Source of the DNA: Peribolospora baueri
Taxonomy: Eukaryota
Length of the DNA stretch: 30,785 nt
Assembly (NCBI GenBank): GCA_029717555.1
Contig: JAMDHS010000054.1
Span: forward strand, 124,001 to 154,785
Direction of reading: 5' to 3'
Below the pieces are notes generated by a model. The model searched no databases. It was not told the origin of the DNA and worked only from the letters and a program-made list of their open reading frames with translations. Of the stretch, positions 1 to 10,036 are shown one piece after another. Both the position numbers and the translations under genes were made by a program. The number at the start of each line of letters is the position of its first letter. Within the stretch, counting starts at the first letter, position 1.

Positions 1-34
1 AGCTGAGTTAATCGGTTCCCATGTCTTCACACAG

Positions 35-1593
35 GTCAAGCGACCCCTCACTAGCGACCCGCGCTATGACGCTGTGGGCTCCTCAACATTGCGAGAAGAG
101 CTCTTCAACCGATACAAATCCGGTCTCCAAGGCTCATCCACCTATAGAGACAGCGAGCGCCCCGGTTCCTCAGCGCCGGTAGGCATGGCACGGAACGACT
201 CTCGAGACTCGCGTGCCGAGGACGATCAACGTCACAGGAAGATGGATCGCAAGGAACGGGAGGCGCAGAGTTTACGCGAGAGGGAGGAGAAAGTGAGGAG
301 GGAGAGAGCGAAAGTGGAGAGGGAGAAGCAAATGGCGTTTAGGGCTGCGAGCAAAGAGGACAGGTAAGTCGCTCGTTCGATTCTACAAATGGCCAGAAAT
401 TATGGTCGGTTGTCGCCGACTGCTCACTCGCCTCTATCTATGTCAACGACGCGCTACCTGTGTACAGCGAACGGGAATTTAACCAACTCCTCATCGATGC
501 CGTCCGTGACCCGCACGCTTCATACACTTCTGCCGTCCCTTCCCTTTCCCGGGACCCCCGCTTCAACCTTCCAGGTCTCACCGATTCCCTACGCCGAGAA
601 CTCTTTACACGACATCTCTCGCACCTCTATGCCGGACGCTTGAGTGCTTTGCACAAGTTGTTCGAACGCGTAGCGCCGAGGTTGGATGCCTCATTTGAGG
701 ACACCAGGGTCAGGGAGGCTTTGGAAAGAGCACCTGAGGTAGGGAGGGTGCTGGGCAAGTCGGAGGGGACGGGTGAAAATGAGGAGAAGGAGGAGGGAGA
801 GACGGACGACGGGGCGAGGCGTGAAGAGTTGAGGAGACTTTTCGAAGAGTGGAGGAAGAAGAGGGAGAGCGATGCCAGAGAGGCATTTCAGGAGCTCCTG
901 TAAGTGGGCTTTTCCGCGTAGTCTCTCCCTTTTTACAGTTCCCCCTATGTCCATGGAACGCGCAGAGGTTCAGTCGACCCAGCGTAGAGACCGTTGGTTG
1001 CTAACTGATAAGATCCCGCACTTCAATATCCTTCTTGTCTTACATCGCAGACGGGAAAACTCCTTCGTCGAATTCTGGGGCCGTCTTCGCCAGGCAAAGA
1101 AAGGTGCAGACGGACAAGGAGAGGGAAAGGACGTGCCGCCACCCGACTCGGACGAGGAGGAGGAGGACGCGGCAGATATGTACGGGATGGCGAGCCAGAT
1201 CGATTTGGGGAAGATGCACGACGTGTTGAAGGTGAGTTAATGTACCTATCAGTCCGCTTTATCCCTGGTAGGCGTCAAGCTCGCCTAAGGGCCGTGGACT
1301 CAACATGTTGCTGGCGGGGCGAGCGCTGACTGTTCACCGCATCTTTCCTTCTCCCCGGCGTTCCGCGCATCAGAATGACTCGCGCTACCAGGCTTTTGAC
1401 CATGTGCCGGACGAGCGCGAGGAGTGGATGAGGGTGAGCAATCCATCTTGATCCTCCTCCCGTTTACTTACGTCAAGAACGTGCCACGCCCAGCGCTTGC
1501 TCACGAAGCCAACTCCCCTATGTCTGACGTTAACGACAGGAATACCTCCAAGGCATGTCGGCGCCCAAGCAGACTGTGTATCAACGGCGCTAG
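35..1593 (+). CDS. FF-domain transcription elongation/splicing regulator (TCERG1/CA150/Urn1-like), 3' part; 5' end lies outside the window
   Basis: Exons 35-363, 468-899, 1051-1231, 1374-1433 and 1540-1593 join in frame at GT-AG sites and end ...EYLQGMSAPKQTVYQRR* (TAG 1591-1593). FF-repeat signatures: SDPRYDAVGSSTLREELF, LSRDPRF...RRELF, AREAFQELLREN, DSRYQAFDHVPDEREEWMREYL. Family call is by motif recognition. Confidence 0.8.
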
Positions 1594-2184
1594 GCGTGTT
1601 GGCTTCAGCGTTAACAAAATGGTTTGGCGGCAAGGGACGAGACATGTGAAGGAAAAGACGAAAGCACGTACGCACGTTGACCTTGTACATGCCTGCATCC
1701 ATCGCACACTATTTTAAAAAGCCGCAATTCGACGGCAATTGGGCCCAGTCGCCCGCAGGCGATTGTCGTCTCCGTCGACGTCAGACAGTACGCGTAACGT
1801 GTTGCCGGCCATGCCTTCTAAACTCAACGCTCGACGATGACCGATACGGGAAAAGTAAAGTAGAGTAATGGTACAGGACGCGAGAACGCTTGTGTCAAGA
1901 GTGATACGACCACCGCCTAGAGATACTAACTGAGAATAGACTGAAAAAGGAAAACACAAGCCGAAGGAAGAAGCACGACATTGTCGCCTCCCCAACTTGT
2001 ATGGTAGAGATATCAGGCGATTGAAATCGTGCCACCTGTCACAGTCCTGCCCCTCCTCTGACTTCATGCCCTCCTCCAGGCGTGACCGCACGTCCAAGTC
2101 GCCTCCGCTGTGCACTCCTTTCCTCCATCCTTCCATCCTTCCGCCTTCCCTCCAAGCGTATGGGCCTCATATCAATTCAACAAC

Positions 2185-4728
2185 CTAATTCCAAGGCATC
2201 GGCTTAAAGGCAAGTCCGATCTTGCGAGGGTCCGGACAGTAGCTGTGGGATTTCATGAACGACTGTGACGGGGTGAATCGTAAGGCGAGAGTGGAGACGG
2301 TGGGTCAGAACGCCGGAGGATGTGGGAAGGAGACTGGAAACGGAGAAAAGCGGGGGGACGAGGAAGAAGAGACGGCTCGGCTTACCTCGAAGTTTTTCAT
2401 CGTTTCGGCTTGCGCAGCCATATCGAAGGACTTGTCCTGGAGAAATTACAAAGTAACGATGAAAGATGTGAATTGTCAGCGACCAAGCATGGCTTCGTAG
2501 CTCCATGAGCCCAAACGAACTGGGTTAGCAAGCGCACTCACGAGTGCTTCCAAGTTACGTTGTCGCTCCTGCGCTCGAAGGCGTTGTGCTTCCCTGTTTG
2601 GTTATTGGAGGAGCGAGGGAGAAACAGGCGCTCGGTCAGTCGACCGGGGGGAAACGAGCCGTGACAGAGGGCAGGCGGAGGAAGATGAAATTCGGAGAAC
2701 AAGACTGAGAAAGAGGAAAGACGACGCGGCGACTCACTCCTTCGTCATCTTCATAGGCTTGCACTCTTGTTGTGCCCGTGGAGGATAGTACGGCGACTGT
2801 AAAACGCAAAGAGCCCACGAGCGAACGGTTGAAGCGATATACTCCGGTCCTCCGCCCTCCTAGACGAAGGAGAAAATACCGAAGAGCTGAGAACAAACAC
2901 TCACCCTTCCAGGCGTAGACCTCCTATCGCCGACCGGCATTGGCAAGCCCAAAGGCTTTCCATGAGGGGCCCTTCCGCTAACGCCCGAGCCCGATCCCCA
3001 CCCGGCAGCTCCTTCGGCAAGACCAAGTCCCTCGCGAGCCTTCTCCTCCCTTTCCCTTCTCCTACGTTCCTCCTCCTCCCTTTTCCTCTCTCTATCTCTC
3101 CTCGCCTCTTCTTCCTTCTTCTTACGCTCTCGCTCCTCCTTCTCCTCCTTGCTTGGACCGCCTAGAAACAGCGCGCGCCAGTTGACAGGGTTGGAGAGGT
3201 CGGTGCTGGTCGTGGAAGACGGAGTTGGGCCGGGACGGCCGGCAGCTTTAGGGGGACTGTTCTCCAGACTAGGCCGGCGTCGAGAGATGGAGGGTAACTT
3301 GGACCTTGGCGGCACTGGTACCGATGTCGCCGCCGACGTGGAATCAGTCATCGCCGGCTTGGGAGGTCCAGCTCCAAGGGCTGATTTATTAGGTGACGTC
3401 TTGTCCCCCTCCGCCTTGGCCTTGGCAAACCGGGCTTCCTGTTTCGCCCTCTCCTTCTCCTGGTCCGCCCTGACACGTTGCTTGAGTTCCTTAGCGCTCC
3501 GTGCATGCAGCGCAGGCGCATCCTTGGCTTTCCTCCTCGCAGAAGACTGGGCCTTGTCGTCCTCGTCCATCGCCGTTGGCTTCTTCTTCTTCTTTGGCGC
3601 TCCACCGCCAACCTTGCCTCGCTCTGGCCGTCCCTCCACCTCGGCTCCAGCGCCTCGCTTGCGCTTGCTCGTCGTCCTCGCAGCAGCCTCCCGACGAGAC
3701 TTTCCAACCTTGGCAGGCATGTCCTCATCCTCAGGTTTAAACTCTCCGTCGCTGTCCAAAGAGCTGAAGTCGTTCTCCGAGAGCTCCCCATCTTCGGATG
3801 AAGTGGCCATATCGTCGTAGTCGTCTCCTTCTGAATCGTTTTTCCCGCCATTCCTTTTCCGAGCCCCAGCACCACGTCTTGTGGTGCTTGATAGCTCTGC
3901 CTTGTGTCCCTTCGTCGTAGCCCTTGTCGAGTCCTTTGGCCGCTTCTCTGAGCTCGCGCTCTCCTCCTCCCCAGACGACACGATACGTCCAGACGGCCTG
4001 CGCCGCTTTCCGCGCAACTTCACCACCTCTTCGTCGTCGTCGTCGTCCTCATCATCGTCATCTTCTCCTCCGCCCATGTCGTTCGTGCCCTTCTTCTCGT
4101 CGGACGAGCTGGGCCCGTGCGATAGTTCGCTGGAGGAGTGATCCCTGCTACCGTCGCCGACCTTCTTGGCGTCTGTAGGGGACACGGCAGCGGCAACGGC
4201 GCTGGCGCGTGTGGGCATCTTAACTACGAGGCCATTGGTGGAAGAAGTCGTCGTGAGGTTACCCTTTGCGCTCTTCTCCTTCGTGCGCGAAGGAGTGCCA
4301 CCGTTCACCTTGAGGCGGATGCGGGGTGGTGCCTTGGAGTCGGAACCAGGCGGAGAGTCGGAGGAAGGAGGACGATCTCGAACGTTGACCTTGTTCGATG
4401 TGGCCGAATCCTTGCGAGCCCGCTTGGGCGGCGGCGCCTTTGCGGAAGCGTTCGCTCGACGTGGGGTGACACCAAGGGCAGCATCGCCGTCGTCGGAGGG
4501 CGTATAATCCCTAGCGTTCAAACCGCGTTTCTTGGAAGCTGACATGGACTTTGGCGAGCACACGGAAGAGCGTAGTTTCGCACGCCTTCGGTTGTCGTCG
4601 GACGAGGAGGCATAGCTGTCTCTTCTGCCGGGGGTGGGAGCAGGGACGAATGACTTGGCAGGCGAGGATGAAGGGGAGGGTGCGGGCGTGAGTTCACTCT
4701 CCGAGTCGAAGTCGACCGCGCCAGACAT
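2185..4728 (-). CDS. Uncharacterised ~687 aa low-complexity, highly charged, probably nuclear protein
   Basis: 1824-nt first exon (4728-2905) plus four small exons (2796-2738, 2593-2542, 2436-2386, 2262-2185) with GTGAGT/GTAAGC donors and CAG acceptors. They splice in frame to ...EEAQRLRAQERQRNLEALDKSFDMAAQAETMKNFESFMKSHSYCPDPRKIGLAFKPMPWN*. Several basic NLS-like runs (PKKKKKP, KRKR), acidic tracts and an E/R/K helix. Confidence 0.8.
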
Positions 4729-6261
4729 GGACTTAATAATAAATGACGCAAGTGACGAGGAAGGAAGAGAATGACGGCAGGAGAGGAAGAGGAGAAGGGA
4801 GCGGTGGAGATTGAGATGGACGTAGGTGGTGAGAAGAGTTGTGAATGGGAGCGATCGTCCGTCGACAGTCCACCGACCCTGCTGCGGCTCGATCGTGCCC
4901 GGACGACTGCGTTCTCATCCGCCCCCCCTCGCCGGCTGGCCTTGTTCGTTCTCTCCCGCTCCTCATCCCGACTCGGCCTTTTTTGTGCACGAACTCGCGC
5001 GTTCGTCATCCTATCGGGATGGCGACGGACGGAATCCACCGCTGAGCGCTCCAGTCCTCCGTTCGAATCATGCACGCGGATCGTGCGCCGAGGAACAAGC
5101 AGCACATGCTTCGCATCGCCCGCACGCCATGAGCGAGTCCTTAACGATGTGCTGCTGACGACGCGCTTGGCGAGCTTGCGTCAGGGGTCGGCGGTCGCTC
5201 GGTCAGAAACACGAACACGTCTGACGCAGCCGTGGACGGTTTTCTGGTAGTCAAAGAGGCCCATTGCGCCAGCGTCTCTATCCCAGACGTGCTTGGCTCT
5301 TTCGAAAGGAGGGATCATCTCAGCGCAGAGAGAGCAAAGCTCAGAGTGCGACCGAAACGATTTGCTGTCACTTTTTTGTGACCTCATAAACTCGAACTCG
5401 GCCTTCGTACTCGTCCCTACGAGCTAAGGATTCTGCCGCGACGTGGCCTTTGTCCAGCTGAATCATCTTGTCCCGGTCCGTTCTGTCCTCGTTCAGCAGA
5501 TCGGCGACTGGATCTGTCGAGGGCGGGCCGGCGGCTGGGCTGGTATTTCGAGAGCCAGGGCCGAGTTAAATAGTGTGAGAGCTGCGGGAGGTTGTGTGAG
5601 ACGGGATGGGGAGATGAGACGGAAACGGAGGCGGCCGCGATGAGGAAGGCGGAAATTGAAGGAGTGCTTAGTGAGCCGTTGCGATTCGGGGTAAGGGCCG
5701 TCCGCCCATCAGTTCCTCAGCTCGCACGCCATCCTATCTTCTTTGCTTCCCCTCCACCATCTTTCCCATGGGCCTTTCCTACTTTCCCTGCGGCGACATG
5801 CGCGCGGCACCGAGGAACTGCGTACGTCCCTCAAACGCCACCGGGCGGGGAGGAGGTATTTGTACCTTGACGGGATCGGGATCAGTGGGCGCTGGAAGCA
5901 GGGGCGGGGGCGGAGGCGGGAGGAAGAAAGAGGAGAGAGGACAAGTGAGAGGGGGGACGGTGACGACAGATCCGCGGGCCTTGGGTGTTCGTTTCCCCCC
6001 GTCGAGGGCACGGACGTCCTTGGCACTCGCTGGCGGGATGTAGGTGGGAGCGACGGTGTTGTGAGTCGTCGAAACGAGATGAGATGGTGGTCAGCGCGGG
6101 GGCAAGGGAAGGTGAGCGGGGAAGGAGGAAGGAAGGGATCTGGTGAGATTGGTATTTCCTGTCATGTCCTGTCCTGGCTGGAGACAACGGAGACGCAAGA
6201 TCCGATTCGATTCGATACCCGACGCCGTCGGGTCCGGTCGGCGAGCACAAAGAGAAGAGGG

Positions 6262-6390
6262 AGAGAGAAAAAGAGAGAGAGAGAGAGAGAGGGAGAGAAG
6301 GAAGGAAGATGGGTTTAGTTATTCGTCAGCGACAAAAAAAAGGAATGGATGGATGGATGGATTGGTGGGCAGGATGGATGGATGGGTGGG
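6262..6390. repeat. (GA)n microsatellite and imperfect (GGAT)n tetranucleotide repeat
   Basis: agagagagagagagagag at ~6272-6291; ggatggatggatggattggtgggcaggatggatggatgg at ~6347-6386. Confidence 0.85.
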
Positions 6391-6551
6391 CAATTCCCCT
6401 CGCCTACGTTTTCGTTCCTTCGTTTCCGCCGGAACAGAAGAGAAGAGAACAGGACGCGCGCGCGTGCGAACATAGCGCACCTCTCCCTCGCCGTCTGTCA
6501 GTTCTGTCTTGACTTGTCTCGTCTGGCGTCCGATTGTAGCTGCCGATCGCT

Positions 6552-6579
6552 GTCAGGTCAGGTCAGGTAAGGTCAGGTC
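6552..6579. repeat. (GTCAG)n pentanucleotide repeat
   Basis: gtcaggtcaggtcaggtaaggtcaggtc read directly from the sequence. Confidence 0.8.
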
Positions 6580-6627
6580 GGACGGATGGACGGTAGAGTC
6601 GAATCTCCTAGACGAGACGACCGACGA

Positions 6628-6980
6628 GGTGAAAAACAAGGAGGTTAAAGCAGTAAGAAGAGACTAGTCTTCAAAGGGGCGGGAGGATAAAGCAGCAAGA
6701 AGAAACGGGTTTTCAACAGGGAGCGAGGATAAAGCAGCTAAAAAAACGGGTCTTCAACAAGAAAGAAACGGTCTTCAACGGGGAGGGAAGATAAAGCAGG
6801 AAGAAAAAACGAGAAAGAATCGGGTCTTCAGAAGGGAGGGAGGAAAAAGCGGCGGGAAGAGAAGGTTTTCAGCAATGTCGCGCGACGTGCCAAAATGAAA
6901 AGGCGTGGTCGGAGAATCAGTGGGGAAAGATTAGCGAGATGAAAAACAAGGAGAAAAGGGTGTTCAACAAGAAAGAAAAG
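6628..6980. repeat. Degenerate purine-rich ~42-bp minisatellite, about 5 copies plus partial units
   Basis: Unit ~GAGGATAAAGCAGCAAGAAGAAACGGGTCTTCAACAGGGAGC starts at 6641, 6683, 6725, ~6788 and ~6840 (spacings 42, 42, 63, 52). TGAAAAACAAGGAG occurs at 6630 and 6940; TTCAACAAGAAAGAAA at 6753 and 6963. Confidence 0.75.
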
Positions 6981-8483
6981 GTCGCGGGGCCCGTCGGGGA
7001 CTGGGGTGGGAGGAAGCTTGGGTTGACGGTCGATTGTACGCTCATTACTATTGGCGTTATCTTGCAGGTGAGGAGTTGACTGTGCGACCACCGGGGCTGA
7101 GGCCAGAAATGGGTGACGGTCGCTGGTGTGCTCATTGCTATTTGTGTTGTGTTGCAGGTGAGCTGCTCGCGGAAGGAGCTCGAATGGGACAGTGTCTGGA
7201 TAGGCAGATCAGTTGTCCCACCATTGGACACTTTTGTTTCCTCGGCTTCTTTCGCTTGGCTCGCCCACGACAGCTCGTCTCAGCTGGTTCTGTCCCCCTG
7301 CTCGGCCTTGGCCGCGCCAACCTTGGAATGGGCGTAGGCGTCATCTCGAATGCCGTCCTCTACCTTTCAGAAGTGCCTCCCACCGCATCCGTGGGTCCGT
7401 CGTATCGTCTTGGCAGTTGTTGCTCGGCTATTGGCCATGTGCAGATCAAGCATTCAGCTTCCTCATTTTCATTTTGAGAAGACTGTCGAACTCTTCTAAC
7501 GAAGTTGATCTCTTCTCTGACGCGTGTTTTCGTCTCTTTCTACGCCCCCCTTTACGACCCCCTTTACTTTACGACCCCCTTTACCCCCTGCTTCGACTGC
7601 CCCGCTCCTCCCCTTAGGTCATCGGAGATTGCGTCAATCAAGGTAGCAAAGACTTGACCAACACGGCTGCATACCGTATTCCCATCGGGATCAATCTCGT
7701 CTTCATCATCGCCATCCTCATCGGGCTCCTCTTCATCCCCGAGTCTCCCAGTTGGTACATCTCCAAGATGCGGGACTCTGATGCCCTTCGCGCCCTTGAG
7801 CGCATCTGGAAGGGCTACGAGCCGGGGCAAAGGGAATTGGTGGTCCAGCACGAGATGGACACGTTCCAAGCTGCGAGGAGAGACGAGATGGAGAGTAGTG
7901 GGGAGGGAGGGTGGGCTACCCTTGTCCAGGGGACGCAAAGAAGGGGGTTCGTTTGCGACCTGGGCATTTTGATCTGTCGACAAATCGGAGGTGTTCAGTT
8001 CATCTTCTCCTATACGACGAAGGCAAGTATCCAATAGCACTGGAGACACAACTCCCTTTCGCTCTCGTTATTGACTTTTTTGCTTCCAATTATCCAAGTT
8101 TCCCTTTGACTACATTTTGACTATTCGGTGAATGGCCGTGGTGACTATCGAATGTTTAGTTAGGAGTAGTGTCACCCTGATCTCTTGTGGCTTTTGCCGG
8201 CTAAGATGGGGCTTTAGATATACCGCGAAGGAGGGTACAGGCTCAATTACGCGCATCTCTCCTTTGTTTCGCTCCTTTTTTCTTGGCTGTTTGCGTTCTG
8301 ACAGCTCAAAGCGGTCGGAATCGCAAACGAATTCACCATTACGATTGTCGTCGTACGTATTCTCCGTCGGTGCTTCACTTTGCTGATCTTGGTCTTCATC
8401 TCTTGGTGTCCTTCTCACTTTGGTCTACACAGGACATCATCGAAGTCGTCCGGCGTCATCTGCTCTTTCTTCCTCGTAAACCG
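6981..8483 (+). pseudogene. MFS sugar-porter (hexose/maltose-type) transporter pseudogene, truncated at both ends and retaining introns
   Basis: Exon relics: 6981-7067 VAGPVGDWGGRKLG...TLITIGVILQ (MFS motif A); 7274-~7438 GRANLGMGVGVISNAVLYLSEVPPTA/IRGSVVSSWQLLL (frameshifted); 7618-~8022 YRIPIGINLVFIIAILIGLLFIPESPSWY...QIGGVQFIFSYTT (PESP motif); 8305-8352 LKAVGIANEFTITIVV; 8433-8483 DIIEVV/GVICSFFLVNR (frameshifted). No start, and the last TM helices are missing. Confidence 0.85.
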
Positions 8484-8935
8484 GGAGTGCCAGCTGTTAC
8501 GCCGACACGCAACTTCCCGACTGCGCTGCACCCACTCCGCGACGTGATGCTTTTGATCGTTGGGCCTTTGACTTCGTGGCTCCTCTTCCCCTGACCGCAA
8601 GGAACAACCGATACTTGCTCACGGCGATAGACCGCGCGGTGCGGAAGGTGCCGAATATCAAGACGCCGGAGGAGTGTCTCAAAATCGTGTCCGACGTAGC
8701 GGTAGCTGCCGACCTGGCCATGTCGTCTTCGCGATTGCCCAATCCGTGCCGACCCGCAGACCAACGGGCAGCTGGAGAAGTTTAGCAGCGTACTAAATGA
8801 CATACTCGCCAGGCTCACGACCAAGGAGCCCAAACGGTGGGACGACTTCTTGAACGATGCGCTCCTCGCGCATCGTGCGCACGCTATGCGTAGTCACCCT
8901 TCTTCCTAGTATACGGGCGCCACCCGCGCCTCCCC
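8484..8935 (+). mobile_element. Degenerate Ty3/Gypsy integrase catalytic-core fragment
   Basis: Across frameshifts it reads ECQ..LHPLRDVM-FDRWAFDFVAPLPLTARNNRYLLTAID...PQTNGQLEKFSSVLNDILARLTTKEPKRWDDFLNDALLAHRAH..SPFFLVYGRHPRLP. This matches the Gypsy integrase pattern DfvGPLP..NrYlL.aiD / PQtNG..Er / W...L..al.ayR / SPF.lvYG. Confidence 0.85.
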
Positions 8936-9615
8936 GCTTGGGGTTCTCGAACTTGAAGGCGAAGTGCGTCGTGGCCGACTCGGCCGCCTCGTCGTCGTCC
9001 TGCTTCCACTCTGTGCCTGCGTCTGCGCCCGCCTCCGCGTCCGGCGCCTCGCCGTGGCCCAGTGGCGGTTGGACGGGGTACCCAAGCGCCTACTCGACGG
9101 CGCTGCGTTTCCGGGCCGACGGCATTCCCCGTTTCAATCCGGACACGCACCCAGTCCACAGATGGATTCTGCAAGTTGGATCCTTGATCGATAGCAGACC
9201 GAAGGATAAGACCCATCAGGACAACATCCTGGCCATGCTACCCACACGGCTGGATGGCACTGCCGCCGACTGGTACGTCACCCTCTCTCCCGTCGACCGG
9301 CGCCAATTGGCCGTGAGCTGGGACGACTTTATGATCGCATTCGTACCACGTTTGGCCTTCGGCCCGCGGAGGCCCGGCTGGCCGCGGAGAATAAAGTCTG
9401 GGATCGTCGCGAATCGATCACCAAATACTTCTACTCCAAACTGACGCCCATCCGGGACGCCTATCGGGGCAAGAGCGAGGAAGATGAAGTCTTGATGATT
9501 CGGAGTGAACTCCCCTCCGCCATGCAGGCTTCGATCACTACCGACATGGCGAACCATCCGCGCCTGGCTCGACTATTGCAGGAGTGCCAGCGGTGGGAAG
9601 AATCAACCGAGTTTT
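8936..9615 (+). mobile_element. Ty3/Gypsy Gag (capsid-like) fragment, frameshifted
   Basis: IPRFNPDTHPVHRWILQVGSLID...ILAMLPTRLDGTAADWYVTLSPVDRRQLAVSWDDFMIAF, a frameshift near 9342, then RTTFGLRPAEARLAAENKVWDRRESITKYFYSKL...EDEVLMIRSELPSAMQ. Matches the retrotransposon Gag pattern L.G.A..W...SW..F..aF...ES...Y. Confidence 0.75.
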
Positions 9616-10036
9616 TCCCCTGGCGGTGGAGCCGCAAACGTACGACGAATGCATCGCTATGTCCACGTTCCGCTCCGCGTATGTCCACGACCTGGAGAAA
9701 CATAGGAAGGAGGCTAACCAGCGCGCCCTTCGCTGTCTCGAAGAGGAAGCACGGCGCAGGGACGATGCTTACGTCGAGCGCGGCTTTAAGATCGGCGACA
9801 GGGTCCTACGGCAGCGCACAGCAAGGAAGCACAAGTTGGACCCCGCTGGGATGGGCCCTTCATCATCAGGTCAACCAGCACCTCCGGGGTCTCCCAGCTC
9901 GAAGCTCCCAACGGCCACATCCTTCGCCATCTACCTCGTCAACGGCGAACGCCTTAAGCTGGCCATCGGAGCCCGTCCCGCTGAGTGGTGGTGGGCCGAC
10001 GAAGCCACGCAGCGCGGCGACGACCGTCGGCGCTAA
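9616..10036 (+). mobile_element. Ty3/Gypsy integrase C-terminal (GPF/Y module) fragment
   Basis: GFKIGDRVLRQRTARKHKLDP, a frameshift near 9845, then RWDGPFII...VNGERLKLA. Matches the integrase C-terminal pattern F.vGD.V...KL.p.w.GPF.i...vn..rLK. Confidence 0.8.

Noticed and set aside
2962..4542. Multiple + strand ORFs (for example 3149-3820, 223 aa)
   Set aside because: Antisense shadows of the GC-rich, low-complexity - strand gene with no independent motifs.
4518..6570. ORFs of 100-195 aa on both strands in the 4.5-6.6 kb region
   Set aside because: Arg/Gly/Ser-rich translations of microsatellite and GC-rich DNA, mostly non-ATG starts, with no coherent exon chain.
6628..6980. Possible CRISPR-like repeat-spacer array
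   Set aside because: Units are degenerate tandem copies with no unique spacers, the context is eukaryotic and there are no cas genes.
8856..9444. ORF 8857-9444 as an intact domesticated Gag gene
   Set aside because: It starts out of frame inside integrase sequence, and the Gag frame is broken near 9342.
8484..9591. 11-nt match GGAGTGCCAGC at 8484 and 9581
   Set aside because: Short enough to arise by chance in GC-rich sequence, and the second copy is not at a module junction.
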